In this document: positions 29,068-38,500 of the stretch, in pieces
How positions within the stretch are numbered: position 1 is the first letter of the stretch
Layout: each line of letters starts with the position of its first letter
IMG/VR virus record: IMGVR_UViG_3300036851_000360
Location: 1-64,000 of that record
Direction: 5' to 3' (one strand)
Source of the DNA: a virus
DNA length: 64,000 bases
Notes under the pieces: generated by a model
What the model was told of the DNA's origin: nothing
Seen by the model: the letters and a program-made list of their open reading frames with translations, nothing else
Databases searched by the model: none
Translations under genes and position numbers: made by a program

Positions 29068-29766
29068 TTGAAGAAGATCGTCGTACCCGCTGCTGCCCTC
29101 GCGCTGTCTCTTATGACAGTTGGCGCGGGCCTGGCGCAGGCGGCGGAGCCGGCCAACTGCGCCGACGCCATAACCGCTCTCCAGCGCGCCGACTCGGACC
29201 ACCGCGCTGCTGTCGCCGCGGACGACAAGGCCGCCGCGGCGGAGAAGGCCGTCGACGACCTCGAGCGGGCAGAGGATCGGCTCGCGGACGCCGAGCGGGA
29301 TCTGGCGGCTGCGCGGGACACGCTCACGCGGGCCAAGGACCGTCTCGCCGATCTGAAGAAGCCCGGCGATGGCCCTGACGACAACACCACTCAGGAGCCG
29401 GGTGAGACCATCGGGAGCGAGCAGCAGATCGCCGACGCGCAGTCCGCTGTCGACGCCGCGGAGGACAAGGTCGATGACCTCACCGTCGTGCGCAACGACC
29501 GCCTGGAGGAGCGCAACGACGCTGTCGATCTGGAGAACGACGGCGACGCCGACGACCTGCAGGACGAGGCCGACAAGACCGACGCCGCCGCGCTGAAGAA
29601 GGCGGTCGACGAGGCGCGGGACGACTTCAACCGGATCTGCATCGACGAGGACGACCCCACCGACGACGTCACTACGACGCCCGCCACCCCGACGCCGGCG
29701 CCTGACGTGGACGTCACCGTCGTGACCCCCCGCGGGGGCGTGGCCACCGGCGGCGGTCCTGCGTGA
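29068..29766 (+). CDS. Secreted coiled-coil protein with class F sortase-type sorting motif
   Basis: Sec signal ending AQA-A; two Cys; Pro/Thr linker; C-terminal PRGGVATGGG; coupled to the sortase gene. Confidence 0.72.
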   Translation: MKKIVVPAAALALSLMTVGAGLAQAAEPANCADAITALQRADSDHRAAVAADDKAAAAEKAVDDLERAEDRLADAERDLAAARDTLTRAKDRLADLKKPGDGPDDNTTQEPGETIGSEQQIADAQSAVDAAEDKVDDLTVVRNDRLEERNDAVDLENDGDADDLQDEADKTDAAALKKAVDEARDDFNRICIDEDDPTDDVTTTPATPTPAPDVDVTVVTPRGGVATGGGPA

Positions 29767-30410
29767 CCCAACGCCTCCTGTTCAGCGCGGCCCTCGGCGC
29801 CATTCTGGCCGGGGCCGCGCTGGTCGCCTGCACGACCACGGCCCAGGTGGTGGAGGATCTGCCGTCGGGTGGTGCGGCTGCAAGCTCGGTGCAGGCACCT
29901 GAGTTCGTTGAGGTTGCGGAGCCGACGGCGATCCGGATCCCGAAGATCGGGGCCAGTTCGGAGCTCGACGAGCTCGGGTTGAACGCCGACGGGTCCCTGC
30001 AGGTGCCGCCCGTTACGGATCCGTTGACCGCTGGCTACTACGCCGGCGCAAAGCCGGATGAGTCCGGGGACGAGGTCTTGCCTGGCGAGCTGGGCGCGGC
30101 GGTGGTCGCGGCTCATGTCGACGGCGTGATCAACGGGAAGAAGGGCCAGCCCGGGTTGTTCTTCCGGCTGCACCAGCTTGAGCCCGGCGACGAGATCTTC
30201 ATCGATCAGGCCGATGGCGGTCAGCTGCGGTTCCTCGTCGACCGCGTCGAAACCCACAGCAAGGACCGCTTCCCCTCCGACGCAGTCTATGGACCGACTG
30301 AGCGGCCAGAGCTGCGGCTCGTGACCTGCGGCGGATCGTTCTCGAGGACGTCAGGACATTACCTCTCCAACGTCATCGCGTTCGCGACCCTGGCGCCCGA
30401 GCAGCAGTGA
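29763..30410 (+). CDS. Class F sortase
   Basis: IRIPKIG, LQVPP, VAAHVD (His), FFRLHQLEPGDEI, LRLVTCGG (Cys), YLSNVI; possible LVAC lipobox. Confidence 0.9.
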   Translation: MTQRLLFSAALGAILAGAALVACTTTAQVVEDLPSGGAAASSVQAPEFVEVAEPTAIRIPKIGASSELDELGLNADGSLQVPPVTDPLTAGYYAGAKPDESGDEVLPGELGAAVVAAHVDGVINGKKGQPGLFFRLHQLEPGDEIFIDQADGGQLRFLVDRVETHSKDRFPSDAVYGPTERPELRLVTCGGSFSRTSGHYLSNVIAFATLAPEQQ

Positions 30411-31108
30411 TCGGTCGGTGCGCGTCCTGTCTGCACCGCCGTTCCGAGCACGACTACCCCCGCCCCAACGCTGGCTGCAGCCGATGCCTCTGTCCGATGT
30501 GGTTTGCGCCGATCTGGCTGCTCGGGTGGCGGGCGCTCAACCAGTGGCTCGCCGAGAAGGTGTGGAGGATCCCACGTGACCAGCCCGCACATTCCCGGCC
30601 GAGCCCAGCTAGCGCGGTGCCAGACGGAGGCGGCGTTCTGGCGGAACTACGCCGCCCTCGCCCGGTTCGCCCGGCCGGATCATCTGCCACCGCTGCGGAA
30701 CCAGAACCGCCGTCGTCTGTGGCCTCGCCCGCCGTGGCATCGGGCGTCCACACCGGCGGCGATTCCGCAGCAGCGGGCAGTCCCGCAAGGTTTGCCGCCG
30801 CGGTCCCGGATCGGGTTGCCGAGACGGTGAAGCAGTTCTGGGCCTGGCTGTTCCTGCCGCGCCGGGTCCTGTCGGCGATGGAGCGCGACATCGCCCGCGT
30901 GCAGTGGGCGCAGACCGAGACTCTGACCAGGTTGAAGGAGTTGAAGACGATGACCGTTGTGGTTGCCAAGCCGGGTGATCGCGGAGCGGCTCTGGCGGAA
31001 CTGTGGCAGGTGCGGGATCTCCTCGCCGAGAGTGACCCGGACCTCGCAGCCCGCCTCCACGCTGTCTATAACGCGCTCGTGGTCGCCCACCCGGGCGACG
31101 CGGGCTGA
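30407..31108 (+). CDS. Hypothetical protein with N-terminal Cys/His cluster
   Basis: GTGA coupling to the sortase; CASCLH...H...CSRCLC. Confidence 0.45.
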   Translation: MIGRCASCLHRRSEHDYPRPNAGCSRCLCPMWFAPIWLLGWRALNQWLAEKVWRIPRDQPAHSRPSPASAVPDGGGVLAELRRPRPVRPAGSSATAAEPEPPSSVASPAVASGVHTGGDSAAAGSPARFAAAVPDRVAETVKQFWAWLFLPRRVLSAMERDIARVQWAQTETLTRLKELKTMTVVVAKPGDRGAALAELWQVRDLLAESDPDLAARLHAVYNALVVAHPGDAG

Positions 31109-31111
31109 CCG

Positions 31112-31151
31112 GTGCCCCGCCCTTCTGTGCTCCCCATGGAGGGCGGGGCAC
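31112..31151. terminator. Bidirectional terminator-like hairpin
   Basis: gtgccccgccct / agggcggggcac arms between convergent ORFs. Confidence 0.65.
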
Positions 31152-31160
31152 CACCCCCCG

Positions 31161-31466
31161 CTACTGCGCAACGGGGATCCGCGGGCGCCACTCGCCCAGC
31201 ATCCGCCGCCCGATCATCCGCTTGACGGAAACCCACTGGCGGCCGTCGACGGGGCAGGTCCACAGCGTGCCGGATCGCAGGTCTGCTGGGTCTCCTTCAG
31301 GCTGGCATGTATGTGCCTCAGTGGACGGAGCCGCATCCTCGACCTGCGCCGTCAACCACTCGTGGGCGTCCTCAAGCGACTCGAAGTCGTGTCGCTCGAC
31401 GTAGGTGTCCTTGTTGGTGTCGCGGTAGATCTCGATCGTCACTCGGTACTCGCGAGTCTGCTCCAC
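31161..31466 (-). CDS. Antisense hypothetical protein
   Basis: 101-aa ORF with globular composition ending at the shared hairpin. Confidence 0.55.
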   Translation of the reverse strand: MEQTREYRVTIEIYRDTNKDTYVERHDFESLEDAHEWLTAQVEDAAPSTEAHTCQPEGDPADLRSGTLWTCPVDGRQWVSVKRMIGRRMLGEWRPRIPVAQ

Positions 31467-31499
31467 ACGCAGTTCCTACCAGCTGGTCAAGGAGGATGG

Positions 31500-31739
31500 A
31501 TGGGCGACTGGTATCTCGGCAACGACAACCGCTGGCACTACGACAAGAACGCACCCAGCCCGGGCCAGCAGCCAGCGGTGACGATGATGCACCCCGTCGT
31601 CCATCCCACACCGCCCGCCGAGCCTGTCTTCGCCGGCGACGTCGGGGACTGGGTCGACCCCAACGCCCCCGACCCCACCCCCGACGAGATCGCCGACCCG
31701 GAACACTCCGACTACGTCGACCCCTGGTTCGGGCCGTGA
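31500..31739 (+). CDS. Small Pro/Asp-rich protein coupled to the endolysin
   Basis: AAGGAGG RBS; GTGA overlap with the endolysin start. Confidence 0.55.
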   Translation: MGDWYLGNDNRWHYDKNAPSPGQQPAVTMMHPVVHPTPPAEPVFAGDVGDWVDPNAPDPTPDEIADPEHSDYVDPWFGP

Positions 31740-32467
31740 CCCTGCTGCGGACGTACGAGCCCGCGAGGACCTGCACCGGCGGGCCCGAGCCGGGGGCGAA
31801 GGCGTTGATGGCGTGGTTTCTCGGCGCGTTCGGGTCGCAGGGCGGGAAGAACCTCGGCATCTACAACTGCCGGTCCGTCCGCGGTGGGTCCACCACGAGC
31901 TTGCACGGCGAGGGCCGGGCTTGCGACCTCGGTATCAACCCGCACGGCGCCCCCTACGGAACCCTCCTCGCCGAACGACTGCGGCTCAGCTCGGGCGAGC
32001 TCGGCATCCAGTGCCTCATCTGGAACCGGCGCATCTGGTCCGGCTCCTACCCCGATGCGGGCTGGAGGCACTACTCCGGCACCAACGCCCACGTTGAGCA
32101 TATTCACTTGGAGCTCTCAAGGGTGGCCGCGCGGAGCCTCACGCCAGCGCAGATTCAGCGAGTCCTGTCACCCGCCTCGCCCACCGCACGAGCGCCGTTG
32201 CCTCAGCCTGCGCCCCGCCCGCCAGTTCGGAAGGACGAACAGGTGTACATCAAGCACCAGCCCGACCCGACCAAGCCGGACATCTGGACCGCCCTGCTCG
32301 TGGGCCCGTTCTTCATCGGGCTGAACGCGAACGAGGCCCGTTCCGCAGACGGTGAGATCCAGCGGGGCGCGACCTGCCAGTGGGTGGAACGCGCGACGTG
32401 GGACGACCTGGACCGCCGCAGCATGGCCATCGCCCGCATTACCCCGAACACCCCCGGAGCGCAGTGA
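31736..32467 (+). CDS. Endolysin, M15-like Zn peptidase
   Basis: GIYNCRSVRGG..SLHGEGRACD...HVEHIHLE zinc-binding motifs; precedes the holin. Confidence 0.82.
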   Translation: MTLLRTYEPARTCTGGPEPGAKALMAWFLGAFGSQGGKNLGIYNCRSVRGGSTTSLHGEGRACDLGINPHGAPYGTLLAERLRLSSGELGIQCLIWNRRIWSGSYPDAGWRHYSGTNAHVEHIHLELSRVAARSLTPAQIQRVLSPASPTARAPLPQPAPRPPVRKDEQVYIKHQPDPTKPDIWTALLVGPFFIGLNANEARSADGEIQRGATCQWVERATWDDLDRRSMAIARITPNTPGAQ

Positions 32468-32520
32468 TCATGGGGGAGCACAGCCTGGTCAACGACCGGG
32501 ACGACACAACCGGAGGAACC

Positions 32521-32859
32521 GTGAATGTGCTTGGACGCGAGCCCGCGCAGTGGATCGGACTCCTGTCCGCCGCTGTCGCCCTGTTCTCTTCGCTCATCTT
32601 CCCGCTCGACGTCGGGCAGCAGGGCGCCGTGATCGCCGTCGCCACTGCCGGGTTCGGAATTGCGGGCGCGTTGGCGGTGTCGGCGGAGAAGGCTGCGCCG
32701 TTGGTCGCTGGCCTGGTGCAGTCGGTGATCGCCTTGGCGCTTGCCTTCGGGTTGCAGCTTCCCCCGGAGGTCCAGGGATCGATCATGGCGTTCGTTGCCG
32801 CAGGAGTGGCGTTCTACCTTCGCACTCAGGTCACCGCACCAGTACCCGCAGACGCCTAA
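32521..32859 (+). CDS. Holin (multi-TM)
   Basis: GGAGGA RBS; LGREPA start; four hydrophobic segments; RTQVTAPV end. Confidence 0.8.
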   Translation: MNVLGREPAQWIGLLSAAVALFSSLIFPLDVGQQGAVIAVATAGFGIAGALAVSAEKAAPLVAGLVQSVIALALAFGLQLPPEVQGSIMAFVAAGVAFYLRTQVTAPVPADA

Positions 32860-32905
32860 CCCCCCGAGCTCGCCCGGCGGGATCCCCGTCACGCCGGGCA
32901 GACGG

Positions 32906-32943
32906 AGAGCGGCCCCTTGCCTACGTGGGCAGGGGGCCGCTCT
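32906..32943. terminator. Terminator at the end of the late operon
   Basis: agagcggcccc-tgcc / ggca-ggggccgctct hairpin between convergent genes. Confidence 0.8.
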
Positions 32944-32959
32944 TTCGTGCGTTCAGAGG

Positions 32960-33370
32960 TCAGCGGTGGCGCCGTTCCAGGACTTCGCGTGCACGAGCGT
33001 GGTCCGCTGTGGTCAGCGGTGTTGGCGCGGCGACCGCTGCGTGGATGCGCTCGTACCAGCCGTCCAGGATCAGACCGACCGGCACCTCTTCCCAGTCGAT
33101 CGGGCCGACCAAGCGGGTCAGGCCCGCGATGCGGGACACCACGTTCTCGCAGTTGATCGACCAGTTGCCGTTCAAGGCGTGCTGCCGAGCGTCTCGCAAG
33201 TCGGACCAGGCCAACTTGAGCAGCCAACGGAGCGCCGAGTCGGGCGTGGCGTACTCCTCGTCCACCTGGCTAGCCGCCTCGTCGATGTACTCCAGCGGGT
33301 CGCGTTCCCGCCACCGTTCCCTGAGGTCGGCTGCGGTCAGCTCCACGTACTCGGTCACGGTGCTCCTCAC
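32960..33370 (-). CDS. Hypothetical protein
   Basis: Coupled minus-strand operon, 136 aa. Confidence 0.6.
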   Translation of the reverse strand: MRSTVTEYVELTAADLRERWRERDPLEYIDEAASQVDEEYATPDSALRWLLKLAWSDLRDARQHALNGNWSINCENVVSRIAGLTRLVGPIDWEEVPVGLILDGWYERIHAAVAAPTPLTTADHARAREVLERRHR

Positions 33371-33639
33371 CAGTCGAAGTACTCGTCGTAGTCGCCTTCA
33401 CCGGCTGTCGGCGATTTCCCCTCGAACGACCGGACGTGACCGGGCCAGTAGTAGGGCGCTGCCGCGGTGCGCTCACCGTTCGGGCTGAGGATGTCCCGCA
33501 GCTCGACGCACCACTCGACCGGGATCACCTCGTCGTGCAGATCCTGCCCGAGGTGCTCGGACAGCAGCCATTGGATGTCGTCGGGCTGCAGCATGCCAAG
33601 ATCGGCGGCGAGATCAGGAGCGGTCATACCCTCAGCCAT
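33367..33639 (-). CDS. Hypothetical protein
   Basis: Coupled minus-strand operon; GGGAG RBS. Confidence 0.55.
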   Translation of the reverse strand: MAEGMTAPDLAADLGMLQPDDIQWLLSEHLGQDLHDEVIPVEWCVELRDILSPNGERTAAAPYYWPGHVRSFEGKSPTAGEGDYDEYFDW

Positions 33640-33898
33640 GGGGCTTCTCCCTCCGGAAACGTCGGGCGCCGTCCTCGCGCACCGTGCCATCCCAGTAGTA
33701 GGTGACAGCGTCGTAGAGCACCGCCTTGGATGCCTCGGTCAGTCCGAGGCCGGGTTGGGAGTCGTAGTCCTTCACCGCGACCCGGCGGCCCTCGGGGATC
33801 TCGAGGCGGCCGTAGCGTAGTTGGTCCGCGCTCACTTTGAACTCGCGACCGTCGTACGGCCCCCCGATGACCACGGCAAGGACCACTTCGTCAGCCAC
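33632..33898 (-). CDS. Hypothetical protein (GGPxDG motif)
   Basis: VIGGPYDGR motif common in small phage proteins; GGAGG RBS. Confidence 0.6.
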   Translation of the reverse strand: MADEVVLAVVIGGPYDGREFKVSADQLRYGRLEIPEGRRVAVKDYDSQPGLGLTEASKAVLYDAVTYYWDGTVREDGARRFRREKPHG

Positions 33899-34322
33899 GG
33901 TTCACCTCCGTGTCCGGCGCCCACTCGGCCCTGTACGAGCCGTGACCAGCGTAGGGGAGAGCGAGCAGGCGCAGGGTCGGGCATGGCCACTCTAGGTAGC
34001 TGTCCCACGGCACCGGCGCGTGATCACAGAGTGTGCAAGTCCACCGGTACGGCGGACCACCCTCGACCCCACGCGGCTTGTGTAAGTCGATGATCCGCCG
34101 TTTCGCCTGTACCTCCGCGAGAACCCGCGCCGGATCCCACAGGGCGATGTGCCGAGCGTCCCGCTTCCGGTCGGCGACGTGGACGAGCTCGTCGTCAGGC
34201 CACCGGCAAACGTCTTCCTCCTCGGAGAGCCACCTCTGCCCCTCGTAGTGCGCGTCCTGCGCCACCTGCTCGTCCTCGTCGACCCGTTCCTTGAGGAAGG
34301 CCTCGAGCTCGTCACTCACCAA
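33891..34322 (-). CDS. DUF6221-like protein
   Basis: FLKERVDEDE...HIALWDPARVLAEVQAKRRII...LRLLALPYA motif. Confidence 0.75.
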   Translation of the reverse strand: MVSDELEAFLKERVDEDEQVAQDAHYEGQRWLSEEEDVCRWPDDELVHVADRKRDARHIALWDPARVLAEVQAKRRIIDLHKPRGVEGGPPYRWTCTLCDHAPVPWDSYLEWPCPTLRLLALPYAGHGSYRAEWAPDTEVNRG

Positions 34323-34351
34323 CGATCTCCGTCCGCTCGTAGCCTGCGATA

Positions 34352-34537
34352 ATGCCGCACTTCCGCCCCTACCAGGTCATCCCCGGTCACCCCATCACCA
34401 TCACGATCACCGCCGTGGACGGTGGGCGGGCCGAGGTGGTCGGGACGGTAGCCAAGGTGACCGACGTCGCGAGCCCGTCCACTGTGCTGCGGATGGAAGT
34501 CGTCGACGCCCACGTTCGGCCGCTACCAGCGAAGTAG
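34352..34537 (+). CDS. Small hypothetical protein
   Basis: 61-aa beta-rich ORF filling an intergenic gap. Confidence 0.4.
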   Translation: MPHFRPYQVIPGHPITITITAVDGGRAEVVGTVAKVTDVASPSTVLRMEVVDAHVRPLPAK

Positions 34538-34538
34538 G

Positions 34539-34748
34539 TCACCTCTTCGATCCTCCCAGCTTCTCCGCGGCCAGCGCCGCCGAGTACAGGGTGCACGGCG
34601 ACTTCACCTTCCCCGACGAGTCCCCGCCGCTCGGGCACTTCGGGCAGCGCCCATCCGCCCCCGGCTTGTGCTCGGTGAGGATCTTCCTCGTCGTGTCGTG
34701 CCTCAGAATGAACCGCACCAGGTCCCCCGACAGGTCCTGGGCGCTCAC
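34539..34748 (-). CDS. Small Zn-finger-like protein
   Basis: H...CPKC...PC motif; GAGGG RBS before GTG. Confidence 0.55.
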   Translation of the reverse strand: MSAQDLSGDLVRFILRHDTTRKILTEHKPGADGRCPKCPSGGDSSGKVKSPCTLYSAALAAEKLGGSKR

Positions 34749-34836
34749 CCCACCCTCAACATGTAGTGCTGCATTCGTGTGCTCCCCACACTGGTTGTGT
34801 TGGTTCCTGTCATGGTCTGGCCGCATACTGCAAGCC

Positions 34837-35250
34837 ATGGCGGAGACAGCGCAGATACCTGCCTGGGTGGCGGTCACCCCCCGGGCGGTTGTCGACTGCC
34901 ACTGGATCGCCCACCAGGTAGCCGCCGAGGTCGGCAGGGCGTCCGTCCACGGTGAGGTGTGCTCGATCCTCGACTGGGTCACCACAGACCTCCCCGACGA
35001 GGCCGCTGTTCATGCGCGGGTGGTAGGCGACGACACCAGCACTCTCGCGTGGCTCCTCGGGTTCACCCCCGTCCCGCCGATCGAGCTGCCCCGACGCAAC
35101 CCCGACGGCACCGTCGTGACAGTCGAGCAGGTCACGGCTGAGCTGCTGGTCGGGAAGACGGGGATGCCGGAGCAGCGCATCGCCGCCGAGAACCAGGCCC
35201 ACCGCCAGGTCGCCCGGTGGCGGCGTCTCGCGTCCCTGGTGCCGCACTAG
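34837..35250 (+). CDS. Hypothetical protein
   Basis: CATACT -10-like hexamer 7 nt before ATG (leaderless); converges with the transfer module. Confidence 0.6.
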   Translation: MAETAQIPAWVAVTPRAVVDCHWIAHQVAAEVGRASVHGEVCSILDWVTTDLPDEAAVHARVVGDDTSTLAWLLGFTPVPPIELPRRNPDGTVVTVEQVTAELLVGKTGMPEQRIAAENQAHRQVARWRRLASLVPH

Positions 35251-35579
35251 CGCCTCACTCGTGCGGCACCAGCGTCTTCGGCGGGTGCAGGTGTCCACTC
35301 CGCCGGCCGCTGCTCCGGGATCCGCGGCAACCCCGGGAAGTCGCCTTCCCGCGATCTGGCCCACTCGTCCCGGTCCCCGTACGGCGGGTACCGCACCTTC
35401 TGCAGCTCCGTGTACTCGCCGGGCAGTTCGTGGGTGCGGTGGTACTGGCCGCCGGCGTAGTCGTCGTAGGACTGCATCCGGTCCGAGCGGAGCTCGAGTG
35501 CCAACCGGGCGGCGACGACGAGTTCATGGTCGTGGGGGAGCTGCGACAGCTTCAGCCCCAGGTCTGCGGCGTCACTCAT
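35247..35579 (-). CDS. Hypothetical protein coupled to the relaxase
   Basis: ATGA overlap with the relaxase stop. Confidence 0.6.
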   Translation of the reverse strand: MSDAADLGLKLSQLPHDHELVVAARLALELRSDRMQSYDDYAGGQYHRTHELPGEYTELQKVRYPPYGDRDEWARSREGDFPGLPRIPEQRPAEWTPAPAEDAGAARVRR

Positions 35580-38500
35580 GCCCGTTCCCTCACTCGTGCC
35601 TGCTCGTCTGCCATCTCGGGTGCGGCCAGCCACCGGGTTTGCCGTTCGGCCTCTTCCTCCGCCGCCCGCATCTCGTCGGCGCGGTCACGGTCGGTGCGCT
35701 CAAGGAGGGACTCGCGGGCTCGTCTCACCGAGTCCGCCACCGCATCCGCTGCCGGCACTTCCCGCCGGATGCGTGGGTCGTGTTCCGTCGGATCCGCGAT
35801 CGCAACGTCGCGGATGTCCGCCACAGCTGTCTCGAGGGGCTTCCGCGGCACGGGCAGTTCATGGACGTGCTCGCCGACGAGATCTTCCTCGTGGATCGGG
35901 CGGCGTTCATCGTCGGCGACCCGGTCGGCTTCCTCCGCCGCCAACCACTCCGCCATCGTGGTCCGATCCTCTGGGCGGGCCAGGTCAACTTCGCGGCGCG
36001 CCAACTCCGCCTTGGCACGCTCACCCGAATCACGGGTGCCGGCGGTGTGGAGGAACCACGCGGTCCGCTCCTTGTCTGCGACCTCAAGGTTGAGCTTCAA
36101 CTGTTCGAGCTGTGCCGCTTCCTGTTCAGCCTTGACTGCCGCCTCGAGGACCCCCCGCTTCTCGTCGCCTTCGAGGGTTTCGGCGTGCGCCCGCCACAAC
36201 CCGACCTGGTTTCGACGGTCCGCCAACTGCTCGGAGGTGGCCGCGAGTTCGTCCGCGACATAGCGGGGGGCCCACAGCTGTTCCCGTTCCCATGCCGCGG
36301 CCCGGGCGAGAAGCTGCCCGTCGGACTGCATCGCCTCCTCCGGCCCGACATCCGGCAGGCCGAGAGCGTCGTGGGCGGTCGCCCAGATCGCGCGCTTCTC
36401 CGCCAGCCCTGCGGCGGGGGCAGGGCCGAGCGGGTCATGCTCGTCCGTGTACTCGGCGCCCTCCCGGGACGCGGCTGCCCAACCGGCGCGGGACTCCCAC
36501 ACCGCCCGCCGTAGCGGATCCTCCGGGACCGGCCCCAGTGTCTCCATCGCCCAGGGTGGACGTTCCTCCGCCACCCTTGCGCCGAGCTCGTGACGCCGCT
36601 CATCAGCCTTGTCGGCTTGTTTCTCAAGCCAACCGCGCCACACGTCGCTCACCCCGGCGGGGATGAGGTCCCGGTAGGAGGTGATCCGCGGGATCTGTTT
36701 CCCGAGGGTGTTGCGGATGCGGGCGTGCAGCACCTGCGCTGCTCTCTCAGCGCCAGCCAGGGACTTCCCTTCCAGCGCGTCGCGGAGCACGCCCTCGGGG
36801 TTGTGGCCAGAAACCTCCGCGTTGCGGAGGAGTCGCTCCACAGCGCTCATCGCCTGGTCCGCGGCCAGCGCCTCACGTTGTTCAGGGGTGATGACGCCTT
36901 CCGCGGCGAGCCGATCCAGGCGGGTTGAGGTCGCGCCGGCGGTGGCCTCGTTGATCCCAACGAGTAGCCGGTCGACGTTGCGGAAGGTGGACTGCTCGTC
37001 CTCGATGGCCTGCTCGCGCTGGGCGATCGCCCCCCGTTCCTCCTCGGCGTTCTTGAATGAGTCCGCGAGGACAGCCTTTGCGGTGCGACCCTCGACCTCC
37101 TGCGCTTCCCCGACGGGCGCGTCGGAGGCCAGCTGCTTGGTGGTGACCCACGCTGTGTTCGACTCCCGGCCGCGTGTCATCCCCACGTAGGTGCCGGTGA
37201 GGTCGTGCCCGGTGTCGACGGTGCGGCCCTGTGCGGCGTGCAGGGTGGAGGCGTAGGCGAGGGACAGGTGCTTCTCGACGTAGCTGGCGCTCAGAGTTAG
37301 CGCGACCCCCTTGCTGGTCTCCACCCGCAGTGCCCCGTCGGCGAGGAAATGAGTCACCCGGTACGTCTGCCGGTTGATCAACGGGAGAGGGTTACGGCCG
37401 AGGCGCCAACTGTTCTTTCGTGCCTGCACAAGGTCGCCGATCCCGGCGATGTTGCCGTCTTTGCCGAGACGTACACCGCGTTCGGACACCTTCCCCAACC
37501 GGACGAGCTCGGCCCGGAGCTGGGCGTTCACCTGGGCGGCCTGGTCGTTGCTGCGGACCAACAGCAGGGACTTTTTCCCTGCGAGGGTGTCCGCCAGCCA
37601 CGCCTGCCCTGCCTTGTGCTCGGCCTGTTCGGTTGTGCCGCAGCCACGCAACCGGCCGTGCTTGTCGTACTCGTCGAGGGCTGCGACATTCCCTTCACGC
37701 CACAGCAGCGACGCCGTGCGTTCCCACTCCTCCTGGAACCGCCACACCTGCGTCAGCTCGTAGGACCGTGCCGTGCGACGGAGATCAGCGAACACCCCAC
37801 CGGCCTCGACTGAACGCATCTGCCGTGCGTCGCCGACTGGCAGGAGTTTCGCCCCAACCTCCTCGCACCGCTGCACCAGATCGGCCATGTCCCGGGTGGA
37901 TGCCATCCCCGCCTCGTCCACCACGACCAGGTCACCGGCTCGCAGTTGTAGGGAGTCGTCGTTCTCGACCGCGAGGCGCCACCGGTCGAAGTTGAACGAC
38001 TCCACCCCCTCTTCAGCCATGACGTCGGCGGCGTTCTGCGAGGCGGCCAGCCCGAACGTGCGGCGGCCATGTTCGGCCCACGCGCCCGCGATCAGCCCGA
38101 CAGTTGTCGACTTGCCAGTACCGGCGGCAGCGGAGATGGTTTCCACGTAGGCGCCGGAGGTGAGGACGCCGCAGATCGCGGCCTCCTTGTCCGCCCCCAA
38201 CGTCTCGTCCGCCGCCTCGTTGTAGCGGCGGATGAACGCATCCACCTGCGCCTGGCTCAGCTTCGCCGCCCCAGTCCTGACAGCTGCCTGCTCAGCGATC
38301 CGCTCCTCGGCGATCTGCCCGACTGTGGCGAACTGGGCGGAACCGGGACGCTGGAACGCGGACAGATCACCGGCCAACCGGAACTCGGCTGGCAGGCCGT
38401 CAACCGACTCTTTGGCGACAACGACCTTGGCTTCGGCGAGGGCCTTGTCGGCGAGCCGCTCCAACATCGCGGGGATGTCACCGGCGGGGACACCGAGGTT

